This document shows, piece by piece, positions 1 to 11,409 of a stretch of DNA of 64,000 nucleotides. The translations under genes were made by a program, and so were the position numbers. Within the stretch, counting starts at the first letter, position 1, and the number at the start of each line of letters is the position of its first letter. The stretch comes from Gammaproteobacteria bacterium (GTDB taxonomy: Bacteria > Pseudomonadota > Gammaproteobacteria > Enterobacterales > GCA-2746155): positions 48,662 through 112,661 of the forward strand of contig NVWF01000009.1 of assembly GCA_002746155.1 (NCBI GenBank). The letters are read 5' to 3'. A model generated the notes under the pieces. The model did no database searches, was not told the DNA's origin, and saw only the letters and a list, made by a program, of their open reading frames with translations.

Positions 1-87
1 TATTGTCGATAGATTAATGGCAAACTTAACAAAAATCATCCATTGATAATTATTAACGATCCTGAATTGATTCATCGGAGATAGTTT

Positions 88-1722
88 ATGCAAACAATTT
101 TTTTATTTATTTCAGCCTTAACTCTTGTGACAGTTTTCCTATTGCAGCTAGTTTGGCAACCGATTGTCTGGAGCTTGGTAATTATTCTACCGGGCATTTT
201 AATTGGCATAATAGATATCCTGCAAAACGCTCATTCTATTCGAAAAAACTTCCCGCTGATTGGTCGAATGCGTTGGCTAATGGAATCAATTCGGCCCTTC
301 ATCCGTCAGTATTTATTAGAGTCTGAAACAGATGGAACTCCGATTAGCCGAATGTTCCGCTCAATTATTTATCAGCGTGCTAAGGGAGATTTAGCAACCA
401 CTCCTCTAGGCACTAAGTTTGATACCTCTAAACTAGGATACGAATGGATAAGCCATTCTCTAGCAGCTTTTCATATTAGTAAACTCCAGGCAGTACCCAG
501 GGTGTTAATTGGTGGCACGGATTGCAAAAAACCCTACAGCGCAAGTCTATTAAATATTTCAGCAATGAGCTTTGGAGCTCTTAGCAATAATGCCATTTCA
601 GCACTCAATGGGGGCGCGAAAAAAGGCGGCTTTTATCACAATACTGGAGAAGGAGGTGTGAGCCCATATCATTTACAGGCGTCGGGTGATTTGGTCTGGC
701 AAATAGGTACTGGCTACTTTGGTTGCCGTACTTCTAAGGGAACGTTTTGCCATAAAACGTTTACTGAGGTGGCTTGCAAAGATAGTGTGAAAATGATTGA
801 AATTAAAATGTCACAAGGAGCAAAGCCTGGACATGGCGGTATCTTGCCCGGCGTAAAAAACACGCCTGAGATTGCAAAAATTCGACATTTAGAGGCCTAT
901 ACCACCGTAGACTCTCCCCCCTCTCACAGTGCTTTTTCAACACCGCTAGAAATGATGAACTTTATACAAAAATTGCGAAGCTTGTCGGGCGGAAAACCCA
1001 TCGGATTTAAGTTATGCCTTGGAAGACCTAGTGAATTTGTCGCGCTATGCAAGGCTATGATTAAGACTGGTATTAAACCCGATTTTATTACCGTTGATGG
1101 TGGTGAGGGCGGGACAGGTGCAGCACCGCTTGAATTCAGTAATTCCGTTGGCATGCCTCTAGGTGATGGCCTGGCTTTTGTCAGTGATACTCTCATCGGC
1201 TTTGGTTTAAAACGAGAGATTAAGATCATTGCATCCGGCAAAATTTTTACTGGGTTTCATCTTGTAAAAAATCTAAGTTTAGGTGCAGATCTTTGTAACA
1301 GCGCTAGGGGGATGATGCTTGCCCTAGGCTGTGTACAATCACTCATCTGTAATACCAATGAGTGTCCCACTGGTATTGCTACCCAGAAAAAGTCGCTCAC
1401 CAAGGGCTTGGTAGTGGTCAATAAGATAGACCGAGTTGCAAGATATCATCATGAAACCGTCAACTCCGTAATGGAGATTATCTCTGCCGCAGGCCTATCC
1501 TCCTTTAGCGGACTCAATAGAACTCATATTTTCAGAAGAGTGAGTCATGATGCCATTAGACGATATGATGAATTATATCCCTATCCACAGGAAGGCTGTT
1601 TACTTGCAGAGCCCTATCCTGAACGGTTTCAACTAGAGATGAGAGAAGCGACCTATGAACATTTTTTACCAAAACAATGCATTGGATGTCATGATCATGG
1701 TCTAAGTGCAATACAAGATTAG
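88..1722 (+). CDS. FMN-binding glutamate synthase family protein (GltB FMN-domain-like), N-terminally membrane anchored
   Basis: 544-aa ORF with two N-terminal hydrophobic helices. Carries GltS FMN-domain signatures (MSQGAKPGHGG, VDGGEGGTGAAP, GADLCNSARG). GGAGA Shine-Dalgarno lies just upstream of the ATG. Confidence 0.8.
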   Translation: MQTIFLFISALTLVTVFLLQLVWQPIVWSLVIILPGILIGIIDILQNAHSIRKNFPLIGRMRWLMESIRPFIRQYLLESETDGTPISRMFRSIIYQRAKGDLATTPLGTKFDTSKLGYEWISHSLAAFHISKLQAVPRVLIGGTDCKKPYSASLLNISAMSFGALSNNAISALNGGAKKGGFYHNTGEGGVSPYHLQASGDLVWQIGTGYFGCRTSKGTFCHKTFTEVACKDSVKMIEIKMSQGAKPGHGGILPGVKNTPEIAKIRHLEAYTTVDSPPSHSAFSTPLEMMNFIQKLRSLSGGKPIGFKLCLGRPSEFVALCKAMIKTGIKPDFITVDGGEGGTGAAPLEFSNSVGMPLGDGLAFVSDTLIGFGLKREIKIIASGKIFTGFHLVKNLSLGADLCNSARGMMLALGCVQSLICNTNECPTGIATQKKSLTKGLVVVNKIDRVARYHHETVNSVMEIISAAGLSSFSGLNRTHIFRRVSHDAIRRYDELYPYPQEGCLLAEPYPERFQLEMREATYEHFLPKQCIGCHDHGLSAIQD

Positions 1723-1761
1723 TTAAACTTGCAATGTTAGAAAGCCGACTAGTTTGATACT

Positions 1762-2592
1762 TTAAGGCACTTGAAGACGTTCGATTATATTTCTTTTCAT
1801 AATAATCGCTATGCCGTCATTTGCTGCAACCACTAGGGTCTCATCATCTTCGCGAATCAAATCACCGTTCGCTCTGTTGTGTTCAACTTGACTAATTTTT
1901 ATATTATTCACCAAAAGCACCTCACCAGCTACATCGGCTACAACACCAAATCGACCACAGGCTTTTACTAATTGATCAATTTCATTTACTGACCAGTGCC
2001 AATTTATTAAACGATCCTTTAAGGTTATTTTAGGCCAGTAACTACCACCAACTTGTTTTTTTGCAGCTTGATATAAGGCTCCAAAGTTTGTTAGCAATTG
2101 ATCGAGAAAAACAGGGATCTGCAAATGCAGCTTCATCAACAGGCTCTCCCAACTTTCATCAGCATCAAGCTTAATTGATTGTTGATAAATAATATCCCCT
2201 GTATCAAATTCCCTAGCTAGTTTATGAAAGCTAACACCCGCTTGTTCCCTATATTGTTTTAAGATCCAAATAATAGGTGTCGGTCCACGACCAAAGGGTA
2301 ATAGAGTTGGATGTACATTGATAGTATAAACATGATTTGCAACTTCAGGGATCAGCCAGGGATATTCAACAGAGAACAAGCAGTCCATACCCTCATCGAC
2401 AAGTTTATCTAGTAGTTCTTTAGTAGGTTTAGTGCTTGAAAAAGTAATGTTGTTTTTATCAGCGTAATCTCGTAACTCTTGATTAAAAGGTTTAATTTCA
2501 TTCACAAATATATGAGAAATATTGTGACCGTGATCTGTTAACACATCGATACAGCCCTTGTGCCAATCACCACCAAAATAGCCAACCTTCAT
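1762..2592 (-). CDS. Formyltransferase family protein (Fmt/ArnA N-domain-like)
   Basis: 276 aa. INVHPTLLPFGRGPTP matches the formyltransferase N/H SLLP motif, and the Asp is present in FDTGDII. Has an Fmt-like C-terminal beta domain. AAGGA RBS upstream. Confidence 0.7.
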   Translation of the reverse strand: MKVGYFGGDWHKGCIDVLTDHGHNISHIFVNEIKPFNQELRDYADKNNITFSSTKPTKELLDKLVDEGMDCLFSVEYPWLIPEVANHVYTINVHPTLLPFGRGPTPIIWILKQYREQAGVSFHKLAREFDTGDIIYQQSIKLDADESWESLLMKLHLQIPVFLDQLLTNFGALYQAAKKQVGGSYWPKITLKDRLINWHWSVNEIDQLVKACGRFGVVADVAGEVLLVNNIKISQVEHNRANGDLIREDDETLVVAANDGIAIIMKRNIIERLQVP

Positions 2593-2663
2593 TAGATTTC
2601 GTCCTTATTAATTGCTAAGCTAAACTATCATCAAAATAGAATTTAGTACAGGCAAGTAAAATT

Positions 2664-3602
2664 ATGAAAAATAAGTATGTATTATTCCTATTATTATTCA
2701 CCCTATCACTTGGCTTTAAAGCGCATGCCAGTGCTGAGAATAATACGCCTTACCTCTACATTTTAGGTGTCGTCCAAGATGCGGGCTATCCTCAAACTGG
2801 CTGTTATAAAAAGCATTGTATGCCTGGCTGGAATGATCCTAGCCTCAGACGAGGCGCTGTATCTCTTGCTTTAATTGATCCTAGTTTAAATAAGAAGTAT
2901 ATGTTTGAAGCAACACCAAATTTTCCAGAACAATTGTATCAGCTCGAAGTCGAGGCGCCATCGGACAGGTTTCAACTAGGCGGTATCTTTCTTACCCATG
3001 CACATATGGGTCACTACGCTGGTTTGATGTTTTTAGGCCACGAGGCAATGGGGGCTTCCAACATTAAGGTATTCGCCATGCCACTTATGCTGGAATATTT
3101 ATCAAAAAATGGTCCTTGGGAGCAATTAGTCAAGTATAAAAACATCGCTCTTGTGCCTTTAACAGATAGTAAGCCTCAGGATCTAGGTAGTCTCAAGGTC
3201 ACACCTTTTCTTGTCCCCCATAGGGATGAATATTCCGAAACCGTTGGCTATAGAATTGAAGGCCCTAGCAAAACTGCTATCTTTATTCCTGATATAAATA
3301 AGTGGTCACTTTGGAAAACCGATCTTGCTAAGCTGGTGAAGTCCGTAGACTATGCCCTGATTGATGCCAGTTTTTATAACGATAAGGAATTACCTGGCCG
3401 TGACATGTCTAAAATTCCACACCCCTTTGTGGTGGAAAGTATGGAACTGTTAAAAAATCTCACTAAAAAGCAACGTAATAAAGTTTGGTTTATTCATATG
3501 AATCACACTAATCCATTATTAATAACTGACAGTGAGCAAAGTAAACTAGTTCGTGACAAGGGCTTTAATATTGCCAAAGAAGGCATTAAATTAGGGCTAT
3601 AA
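2664..3602 (+). CDS. Secreted PqqB-like metallo-beta-lactamase-fold protein
   Basis: 312 aa with an N-terminal signal peptide (LGFKAHA/SA). The N-terminal pattern LGVVQDAGYPQTGCYKKHC resembles PqqB GSAAGGGFPQWNC.C. Has an MBL-like THAHMGHYAG motif. Confidence 0.65.
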   Translation: MKNKYVLFLLLFTLSLGFKAHASAENNTPYLYILGVVQDAGYPQTGCYKKHCMPGWNDPSLRRGAVSLALIDPSLNKKYMFEATPNFPEQLYQLEVEAPSDRFQLGGIFLTHAHMGHYAGLMFLGHEAMGASNIKVFAMPLMLEYLSKNGPWEQLVKYKNIALVPLTDSKPQDLGSLKVTPFLVPHRDEYSETVGYRIEGPSKTAIFIPDINKWSLWKTDLAKLVKSVDYALIDASFYNDKELPGRDMSKIPHPFVVESMELLKNLTKKQRNKVWFIHMNHTNPLLITDSEQSKLVRDKGFNIAKEGIKLGL

Positions 3603-3623
3603 GGACTGATTTAGACATTAAAA

Positions 3624-4388
3624 ATGACTATTATAAATAATAAACTAAGTAGTGCATTAATAGCTGCTATTTGCCTAGCTTCTTTAGGGATTTTTCTTAT
3701 TGAGCCTATAGCTCAGGCGCCAAGCTATCATTTGTTCGCCGATGGACGCAGTATTTTAGGGGTGCCAAATTTTTGGAATGTTCTATCGAATCTGGCTTTT
3801 TTGCTGGTTGGTTTACTGGCTCTTAAAAATCTATTGATTGACAATAACCTCACTATAAAACCTGAACTACGCGTCGCCACCTTTATATTTTTTATTGGTA
3901 TTTCCCTGGTGGCTTTTGGATCGGGTTATTATCATTTGTGGCCAAGTAATCAAACCCTACTTTGGGACAGGTTACCCATGACAATTGCTTTTATGGCCTT
4001 ATTCTCAATTATTATTGGAGAATTTATTTCTCTAAAATTAGCTAAGACCGCTTTATTACCATTACTTTTGGTTGGTGCTTTCTCTGTTTTCTATTGGTCT
4101 TATACAGAATCTCAAGGACAGGGTGATTTACGATTATATGTTCTGGTGCAATTTCTGCCCATACTATTGATCCCAGTTATTCTTCTGCTTTTTAAATCTC
4201 CTTTTTCAAAAGCGAGTGGTTACTGGTGGTTGTTTGCTACCTACTTAGCGGCAAAATTTCTTGAATATTTTGATCAGGCGATATTTGAATTACTACCCCT
4301 TATCAGTGGGCATTCTCTAAAACATCTAACAGCTGCCTTTGGCGTCATGCTCTTGCTAGATGCTTATCAAAAGAGAAGTTTGCTTTAA
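3624..4388 (+). CDS. Ceramidase-like (alkaline ceramidase/PAQR-like) polytopic membrane protein
   Basis: 254 aa with about 7 hydrophobic helices. NVLSNLAF and YHLWPSNQTLLWDRLPM resemble conserved ceramidase-family motifs. Gap of 21 nt after the PqqB-like gene. Confidence 0.5.
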   Translation: MTIINNKLSSALIAAICLASLGIFLIEPIAQAPSYHLFADGRSILGVPNFWNVLSNLAFLLVGLLALKNLLIDNNLTIKPELRVATFIFFIGISLVAFGSGYYHLWPSNQTLLWDRLPMTIAFMALFSIIIGEFISLKLAKTALLPLLLVGAFSVFYWSYTESQGQGDLRLYVLVQFLPILLIPVILLLFKSPFSKASGYWWLFATYLAAKFLEYFDQAIFELLPLISGHSLKHLTAAFGVMLLLDAYQKRSLL

Positions 4389-4420
4389 TGCTGTTTCAGA
4401 ACTACTAACTAGAAATAATC

Positions 4421-5644
4421 ATGTCAAATGTTAAGAAATATCTAGACCAGTATGCTGAACCTGAAACTCAAGAGTTAGAAAATTTTCCTAAGGATTTAGC
4501 TTTTAAAAACTGCCTTGTCATACCTGCATATCAAGAAACCGATGCTTTTTTACAGGAATTCATAAACAGCCAATTAGCCCATCAAATAACCCTGTTAATT
4601 CTCGTCATCAATCAACCGATTTCAGATGATGATGTCATAGCTCAACAACAACTCTTCACAAGTGCTCTAGAAGCAGGCTGCGTTGTATGGCAACAACACA
4701 ATTTATTTTTGATTAAGCTTAACAATGCTGCTGCTTATATTTTAGCTGTTGACAGGTTTAATCAAAATCTCCGAATTGCTGATAAACAAGGTGTGGGTCT
4801 GGCCCGAAAAATTGGGGCTGATATAGCAGCGACTCTAATTGATATGAAAGTCATAGAAAGTTCTTGGATCTGTTCAACGGATGCTGATACTCATCTACCC
4901 GATAATTATTTTACTAGTCTTGAAGCTATGGATCACAAAAGTGCTGCTGTCACTTACGATTTCCAGCATCTTGATCATCAGGACAAGGTATCTGAGGCAA
5001 CCCTACTTTACGAAAAAGCACTAAAGTATTATGTTTCTGGATTAACCTGGGCAGGTTCACACTATGCCTTTTTCACTATCGGCAGTTGCCTAGCTTTTCG
5101 ATATGATTATTACTGCATGGCAAGGGGATTTCAAAAACGTAGTGCTGGTGAAGATTTTTACTTATTAAATAAGCTGGCTAAATTAGGTCAGATACAATTC
5201 AATGTTACAGCAAAACTTTTAATTGAACCCAGAATATCAAGCCGAGTTCCTTTTGGCACTGGACCTACCGTGGAAAAAATACTTAAACTGCCTCACCCTG
5301 AGCAATATCTTTATTACCATCCACAATTATTTAGCGAGTTAAAGAACTGTCTAGTCGCGATGGACGATCTATGGAAGTTTAAAGATCAGCCTGAACAATG
5401 GCTATTGCAACTTTCCAATTCAACTCAATACGCCCTAAAGCAACTGCGTATTACAAAACTGTTCGGACACCTTCAAAGTAATATCACCAATGAATCACAA
5501 GCTAAAACTCATATTCATCAATGGTTTGATGCTTTTAGAACTTTAAAATTCATTCACTATCAACAGCAAGATTACTATTCTCAAATACCACTTGTACAAG
5601 CTCTTGACAAAGCATCTTTTATACCCGGGTATAGAGCGCCTTGA
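4421..5644 (+). CDS. Glycosyltransferase family 2-like protein
   Basis: 407 aa. LVIPAYQE N-terminal GT-A strand, STDADTHLP DxD-like motif, and AGEDFYLLNKL. No TM segments. Gap of 32 nt after the ceramidase-like gene. Confidence 0.45.
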   Translation: MSNVKKYLDQYAEPETQELENFPKDLAFKNCLVIPAYQETDAFLQEFINSQLAHQITLLILVINQPISDDDVIAQQQLFTSALEAGCVVWQQHNLFLIKLNNAAAYILAVDRFNQNLRIADKQGVGLARKIGADIAATLIDMKVIESSWICSTDADTHLPDNYFTSLEAMDHKSAAVTYDFQHLDHQDKVSEATLLYEKALKYYVSGLTWAGSHYAFFTIGSCLAFRYDYYCMARGFQKRSAGEDFYLLNKLAKLGQIQFNVTAKLLIEPRISSRVPFGTGPTVEKILKLPHPEQYLYYHPQLFSELKNCLVAMDDLWKFKDQPEQWLLQLSNSTQYALKQLRITKLFGHLQSNITNESQAKTHIHQWFDAFRTLKFIHYQQQDYYSQIPLVQALDKASFIPGYRAP

Positions 5645-5739
5645 TTGTTTGCTGATTAAAGTAAAGTCACTATGGTTTTATAGGTGTTTTTCGACTATTC
5701 TTCAACCTACTGCTCACTAAAACCTACTGGCTAAAAATA

Positions 5740-7428
5740 ATGACAATAACCACTAAACGACCTTTGTATCTTTCAATCTCAGGTCAACACTTACTCAATA
5801 CATCTCTGTTGAATAAAGGAAGTGCTTTTTCTGAAGCTGAAAAACGTGCCTTTAATATTGAAGGGTTAATACCCCATACTATCGAGACCATCGATGAGCA
5901 AGTGGCTCGCGTCTATCAACAGTTTTCATTTATTGAATATGATCTCGATAAACATATTTATCTTCGCAACATTCAAGATACTAACGAAACACTTTATCTG
6001 CGCGTGATAGCTGAACATTTAGATGAAATGTTACCGATTATTTATACCCCAACCGTAGGCAAAGCCTGTCAGTTATTCTCGCAAATTTACCGTCGTAAAC
6101 GTGGTGTATTTATTTCCTATCTAGAGCGGGATCGTATTCGAGATGTGCTGCATAATGCGACTAAGCCCAATGTGAAAGTCATTGTTATTACTGATAGTGA
6201 GAGGATCTTAGGCTTAGGCGATCAGGGCATTGGCGGCATGGGAATTCCCATTGGTAAGCTATCGATTTACTCTGCCTGTGGTGGGATCAGCCCCGCTTAC
6301 ACCCTGCCCATCACTCTTGATGTAGGTACTAATAATCAAAAGCTACTTGATGATCCCATGTATATGGGATGGCGTCATGAACGTATAACAGGTGATGAAT
6401 ATTTTGAGTTTGTCGATCAATGCCTTGAAGGTATTCGTTCAAGATGGCCTAAAGCTTTAATTCAATTTGAAGATTTTGCCCAGGCTAATGCCACACCGCT
6501 TCTAAAAAAATATCAAGATAAATTCTGCTGTTTTAATGATGATATTCAAGGAACCGCTTCTGTGACTGTAGGTACGCTACTCGCCGCCTGTCACGCTCAA
6601 AAATCAGATCTGAAGGATCACCGAGTTGTCTTTGTCGGAGCAGGATCAGCAGGTTGCGGCATCGCCGAGCAAATTATTGCTCATATGATTGATGAGGGAC
6701 TGCCAGAAGAGCAAGCCATAGCTCAAGTTTATCTTACTAACTCCAAAGGACTGTTAACAGATAAAATGCAGCTTCAAGATTTCCAAATAAAATTTGCCAA
6801 GAGCTATGACAATGTCAGTAGTTGGTCAGACTCTTCAGAAAAAATAAGCTTATTGGATGTGGTTAAAAATTCCAAACCAACTATTATCATTGGCGTTTCA
6901 GGCGTAGCTGGCTTAATCAGTGAAGACATTATTAAAACCATGTACCAATCTTGTGACCGCCCTATCATCATGCCCCTTTCAAATCCCACCTCAAAGGTTG
7001 AAGCCATACCTAAAGACGTGATTTGTTGGACAGATGGAAATGCGATTGTTGCTACTGGTAGTCCTTTTGATCCGGTGGAATATAAAGGAAAAAGTTACCC
7101 CATAGCTCAATGCAACAATGCCTATATTTTTCCAGGAATTGGCCTAGGAGTTATCGCAGCTGGAGCAGTAAGGGTTACTGAAAAAATGTTTATGGTGGCT
7201 AGTGAAGCTCTTGCAAAAACATCTCCTCTGGTTACTGGCAAGGGTAATGATTTACTGCCGTCATTAAATGTTATACGGGAAGTTTCTAAACAAATTGCCA
7301 TAGCAGTCGCTAATCAAGCCATGGATGAAAATGTTGCTGTGAGGATCAGTGAAGAATTAATGTTAAGCAAAATCGATGGTAATTTTTGGACACCTGAATA
7401 TCGAGAATATCGCCGGACCTCTTCTTAA
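5740..7428 (+). CDS. maeA: NAD-dependent malic enzyme
   Basis: 562 aa. [59 protein letters not shown] and [13 protein letters not shown] are classic malic enzyme signatures. Confidence 0.92.
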   Translation: MTITTKRPLYLSISGQHLLNTSLLNKGSAFSEAEKRAFNIEGLIPHTIETIDEQVARVYQQFSFIEYDLDKHIYLRNIQDTNETLYLRVIAEHLDEMLPIIYTPTVGKACQLFSQIYRRKRGVFISYLERDRIRDVLHNATKPNVKVIVITDSERILGLGDQGIGGMGIPIGKLSIYSACGGISPAYTLPITLDVGTNNQKLLDDPMYMGWRHERITGDEYFEFVDQCLEGIRSRWPKALIQFEDFAQANATPLLKKYQDKFCCFNDDIQGTASVTVGTLLAACHAQKSDLKDHRVVFVGAGSAGCGIAEQIIAHMIDEGLPEEQAIAQVYLTNSKGLLTDKMQLQDFQIKFAKSYDNVSSWSDSSEKISLLDVVKNSKPTIIIGVSGVAGLISEDIIKTMYQSCDRPIIMPLSNPTSKVEAIPKDVICWTDGNAIVATGSPFDPVEYKGKSYPIAQCNNAYIFPGIGLGVIAAGAVRVTEKMFMVASEALAKTSPLVTGKGNDLLPSLNVIREVSKQIAIAVANQAMDENVAVRISEELMLSKIDGNFWTPEYREYRRTSS

Positions 7429-7442
7429 GCTAAGGTGACGGA

Positions 7443-7475
7443 AAACCACAGTAAGCAACTTGCCTACTGTGGTTT
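7443..7475. terminator. Bidirectional hairpin between convergent maeA and the response regulator gene
   Basis: Perfect 11-bp inverted repeat AAACCACAGTA / TACTGTGGTTT with an 11-nt loop. It sits between the two stop codons (7428 and 7478). Confidence 0.6.
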
Positions 7476-7477
7476 GC

Positions 7478-8131
7478 TCACATTTCCACATGCAAATTGT
7501 AACCTTCTCCAAATTCTCTATTCTTCTCAAGCACTCTTGTGAACTCTTTGATATCAAGTGGCTTATCAAGACAACATTCACCACCAGCCATCAAAAATAG
7601 CTCCTTATCATTCTCACTCCAATGGCCACTGACACCAATAACTCTGAGGCCATTTTCTATCTGACTTGAGAAGTTCCGACATAATTCAATGCCATTCATT
7701 CCTGGCATGCGTAAGTCTAGAATTACCACATGGGGATGAAACTTTTTCATTAATTTATCGGCCATAAAACTAATGCCTGTTCTTTGCACTTCATACACTA
7801 TTTCCCGAGACTCGAGAAAGTCCTTTAAAAAATCAGCCACAAAGGAATCGTCATCAACAATTAGCACTTTAGTGATTAAACGAATATCACCATCAATGGA
7901 TATATTGTGCTTTTGTGCATATTTTATGATTTCAGAATATTTATATCGATCCTGTCCATCTGCTGTTTTATTGGACATTAGGGAGTTGGTTCTCACCCAC
8001 ATTTCAACCGTGACAGGTGAGACTTGAAAAAGGGCTGCCACCTCACTGGTTGATAACACGCTTTCAGGTGTAAGGGGCTTCTTTTCTTGTCTTGTTCCAT
8101 CAATTTCATTATCAGCCATATAATTTTCCAT
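7478..8131 (-). CDS. Orphan response regulator with N-terminal excisionase/MerR-type HTH and C-terminal receiver domain
   Basis: 217 aa. HTH_17-like segment STSEVAALFQVSPVTVEMWVR. REC residues are intact (VDDD, VILDLRMPGMNG, GVSG, LDKP). No kinase gene is adjacent. Confidence 0.75.
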   Translation of the reverse strand: MENYMADNEIDGTRQEKKPLTPESVLSTSEVAALFQVSPVTVEMWVRTNSLMSNKTADGQDRYKYSEIIKYAQKHNISIDGDIRLITKVLIVDDDSFVADFLKDFLESREIVYEVQRTGISFMADKLMKKFHPHVVILDLRMPGMNGIELCRNFSSQIENGLRVIGVSGHWSENDKELFLMAGGECCLDKPLDIKEFTRVLEKNREFGEGYNLHVEM

Positions 8132-8397
8132 TTAATTCAATACCATAGATATGATTATAAGCATAATTTTCGACTAAAAAAAGTTTTCTGCTCATGTGAA
8201 TAGAATAAAACCTGATAATAGTATACCCATCAATTCTTCATGCTTGGCTTCTAGGACAGATATAACATTACAATTTATCGATTTAATGTAACTTTTAGCC
8301 TTTGTGAGGTTTCAATTTCTACTAAATAGTGGTACTAATTGATGTACAAATAATCTACAAAAAATAACAACACAATATTTATAAATAGGACATCCAA

Positions 8398-9918
8398 ATG
8401 ATAATCGGCATACCAAAAGAATCCTTTACTGGCGAGAAAAGAGTGGCTGCCTCACCAAAATCTGTCACCACATTAATTAAGATGGGTTTTGTTGTTCATA
8501 TAGAAAAGCAAGCTGGCTTTAACGCTAATTTTAGTAATGGAGCCTATCAGCAACAGGGGGCCGGCATAGTTGACAAGGCTAGCGCTTGGCAGGCTGATCT
8601 CGTATTAAAAGTAAATGCACCAACTGATGAAGAGATTGCGTTAATGAAACCCGGCGCAACCCTAGTAAGTTTTATAGCCCCAGCACAAAATCCTGCGCTT
8701 TTACAAAAATTATCAGAAGCAAATATAACTGTGCTTGCCATGGATGCTGTGCCACGCATATCACGTGCCCAAGCACTCGATGCTTTAAGTTCCATGGCTA
8801 ATATAGCCGGCTACAGAGCAGTTATTGAAGCCAGTCATCATTTTGGTCGTTTTTTCAGTGGTCAAATTACTGCTGCAGGCAAAATTCCTCCTGCCAAGGT
8901 AATGATTATAGGCGCCGGTGTTGCGGGTCTCGCTGCCATAGGTGCAGCAGGAAGTCTTGGTGCCATCGTTCGAGCCTTTGATACAAGAATTGAAGTCAAA
9001 GAACAAATCGAAAGTATGGGTGGCACTTTCCTCGAGCTTGATTATGAGGAAGAAACGGATTCTAGTGACGGCTATGCTAAGGAAATGAGCAAGGCTTTCA
9101 TTGAAGCTGAAATGGCACTTTTTATGGAACAAGCCAAAGAAGTCGACATTATTATTACTACTGCCATGATCCCAGGCAAGCCAGCACCCAAATTAATTAC
9201 TGCTGAAATGGTGCAAGCCATGCAGCCAGGCAGCATTATCGTTGATTTAGCAGCAGGTGGCGGTGGCAACTGTGAGTTAACAGAGCCTGGTTCCGCGGTT
9301 GTTAAACATGATGTCACCATTATCGGTTTCACTGACTTGCCCTCGCGGCTGCCACAACAGTCATCTCAACTATATAGCACAAATCTTACCAACATGATGA
9401 AGCTGTTGTGTCCTGAATCCGATGGAAACATTAACATCGACTTTGACGATGTTATTCTAAGGGGCATGACCGTTGTTAAAGATGCTGAAATTACCTGGCC
9501 ACCACCACCTATCAAAGTGTCCGCGGCTCCTCCAGTCAAACCCCCTGTGGTTGAGGTTGTGGAAGACAAAAAAACATCCAATACTGGCAAACATATTGCC
9601 ATGTTAGTTGCAGCGGGAATTTTTGGCTTAGTGGCTAATTATGCACCTGCTGAATTCTTGGCCCATTTTACTGTTTTCGTTCTTGCTTGTTTTATCGGCT
9701 ATCAGGTTGTCTGGAATGTTAGCCATTCATTACACACACCCTTGATGAGTGTCACCAATGCCATCAGTGGCATTATTGTTGTCGGTGCCCTTTTACAAAT
9801 TAGCAGTGACAATCCGATCATTTGGGGAATTGCTGCTTTTGCAACCCTCATAGCCACCATCAACATCGTCGGTGGCTTTGTTGTCACTCAGCGCATGTTA
9901 AAAATGTTTCGTCGATAG
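8398..9918 (+). CDS. pntA: NAD(P) transhydrogenase subunit alpha
   Basis: 506 aa. MIIGIPKE start, [21 protein letters not shown]-binding fold, and four C-terminal TM helices. Confidence 0.92.
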   Translation: MIIGIPKESFTGEKRVAASPKSVTTLIKMGFVVHIEKQAGFNANFSNGAYQQQGAGIVDKASAWQADLVLKVNAPTDEEIALMKPGATLVSFIAPAQNPALLQKLSEANITVLAMDAVPRISRAQALDALSSMANIAGYRAVIEASHHFGRFFSGQITAAGKIPPAKVMIIGAGVAGLAAIGAAGSLGAIVRAFDTRIEVKEQIESMGGTFLELDYEEETDSSDGYAKEMSKAFIEAEMALFMEQAKEVDIIITTAMIPGKPAPKLITAEMVQAMQPGSIIVDLAAGGGGNCELTEPGSAVVKHDVTIIGFTDLPSRLPQQSSQLYSTNLTNMMKLLCPESDGNINIDFDDVILRGMTVVKDAEITWPPPPIKVSAAPPVKPPVVEVVEDKKTSNTGKHIAMLVAAGIFGLVANYAPAEFLAHFTVFVLACFIGYQVVWNVSHSLHTPLMSVTNAISGIIVVGALLQISSDNPIIWGIAAFATLIATINIVGGFVVTQRMLKMFRR

Positions 9919-9929
9919 GGAGAGCAGAT

Positions 9930-11306
9930 ATGTCTACAGGATTAATTACAGCTGCTTACCTTATGGCCGCCATTTTATTTATTTTAGCCCTCGCGGGTTT
10001 ATCCAAACAAGAAACGGCTCAAACTGGTAACACCTACGGTATTATTGGTATGGCAATCGCGCTTATCGCCACCATCGCAAGCCCAGGCGTTGAGGCCTTT
10101 GGATATATTCTAATTGCCATGGTCGTCGGTTCAGCTATTGGACTTCGACTTGCCATGAAAGTTGAAATGACTCAAATGCCCGAGCTAGTGGCAATCTTAC
10201 ACAGCTTTGTTGGACTCGCTGCAGTACTTGTTGGCTTTAACAGCTACCTTGATCACGGTAATTTGACTGGCGCTCTATTGACCATTCACTTATCTGAAGT
10301 CTATCTTGGCATCTTTATCGGAGCAGTAACCTTCACCGGCTCCGTTGTTGCCTTTGGTAAACTGCGAGGAATATTTAGCTCCAAGTCTTTGATGCTACCC
10401 CAACGCCATAAAATGAATCTACTGGCTATTATCGTAACTCTAGTAATGATGGTTCAGTTTGTACGCCTTGGTGGGGACATGAATTTACTGCTTATCATGA
10501 CTGCTATCGCCTTGCTGTTCGGGATACACATGGTGGCTTCAATCGGTGGCGCTGATATGCCCGTGGTAGTCTCCATGCTTAATTCCTATTCAGGCTGGTC
10601 TGCCGCCGCTGCTGGATTTATGTTATCTAATGATCTATTGATTGTCACAGGTGCCCTAGTGGGCTCGTCCGGTGCGATACTTTCCTACATCATGTGTAAA
10701 GCCATGAACCGCTCATTTATCAGCGTAATAGCAGGTGGATTTGGCACCAATGTTGTTATCTCTGATGATGGCGCTGATCAAGGAACTCATGAGGAAACAA
10801 CTGCTGAGGTGGTTGCTGATATGTTGAAAAATTCAACTAATGTCATCATAGCACCCGGTTACGGTATGGCCGTTGCCCAAGCCCAATATCCAGTCTATGA
10901 AGTTACGCGCAAGCTTAAGGAAATGGGCATTAATGTACGTTTTGGAATACATCCTGTTGCTGGAAGACTTCCCGGACACATGAATGTTTTGCTCGCTGAA
11001 GCCAAGGTCCCCTATGACATCGTCATGGAGATGGATGAAATCAACGATGATTTTTCTGATACGGATACAGTTCTCGTGATTGGTGCAAATGATACGGTTA
11101 ATCCTTCTGCCCAAGACGATCCGAACAGCCCAATAGCTGGTATGCCTATCTTAGAGGTATGGAATGCTGAAAATGTTATCGTGTTTAAGCGCTCAATGAA
11201 TCCCGGTTATGCTGGCGTTCAAAACCCACTCTTTTTCAAGGAAAATACCAAGATGTTATTTGGTGATGCTAAGGATAGTGTGGAGAATATCTTGAAGGCA
11301 CTTTGA
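9930..11306 (+). CDS. pntB: NAD(P) transhydrogenase subunit beta
   Basis: Start moved to the ATG at 9930 ([11 protein letters not shown]...), 11 nt after the pntA stop and preceded by GGGAGAG. Has multiple TM helices and a C-terminal NADP(H) domain ([28 protein letters not shown]). Confidence 0.92.
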   Translation: MSTGLITAAYLMAAILFILALAGLSKQETAQTGNTYGIIGMAIALIATIASPGVEAFGYILIAMVVGSAIGLRLAMKVEMTQMPELVAILHSFVGLAAVLVGFNSYLDHGNLTGALLTIHLSEVYLGIFIGAVTFTGSVVAFGKLRGIFSSKSLMLPQRHKMNLLAIIVTLVMMVQFVRLGGDMNLLLIMTAIALLFGIHMVASIGGADMPVVVSMLNSYSGWSAAAAGFMLSNDLLIVTGALVGSSGAILSYIMCKAMNRSFISVIAGGFGTNVVISDDGADQGTHEETTAEVVADMLKNSTNVIIAPGYGMAVAQAQYPVYEVTRKLKEMGINVRFGIHPVAGRLPGHMNVLLAEAKVPYDIVMEMDEINDDFSDTDTVLVIGANDTVNPSAQDDPNSPIAGMPILEVWNAENVIVFKRSMNPGYAGVQNPLFFKENTKMLFGDAKDSVENILKAL

Positions 11307-11343
11307 TATCTTTTCGATTATTCTCTAAGCATTGTGCTCTATC

Positions 11344-11367
11344 AAAAAGGCCTTAGATGGCCTTTTT
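11344..11367. terminator. Rho-independent, potentially bidirectional terminator
   Basis: AAAAAGGCC-TTAGAT-GGCCTTTTT: a 9-bp stem including the A and T runs. Lies between convergent pntB and the PAS-GGDEF gene. Confidence 0.7.
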
Positions 11368-11409
11368 GTTTAAGGTGTGCCGTCCTGATTTGAGTTATCC
11401 CTGAGACTA

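Noticed and set aside
8547-9887. Series of 61 to 115-aa minus-strand ORFs inside pntA
   Set aside because: These are antisense shadow ORFs within a highly conserved gene. The same applies to the other short antisense ORFs in the track (for example 924..1241, 13490..14246, 22580..24772, 60406..60669).
9822-9929. N-terminal extension of the pntB ORF ([13 protein letters not shown]...) overlapping the pntA 3' end
   Set aside because: It lies inside the pntA coding region in another frame. The ATG at 9930, with an upstream GGGAGAG, gives the canonical PntB N-terminus.
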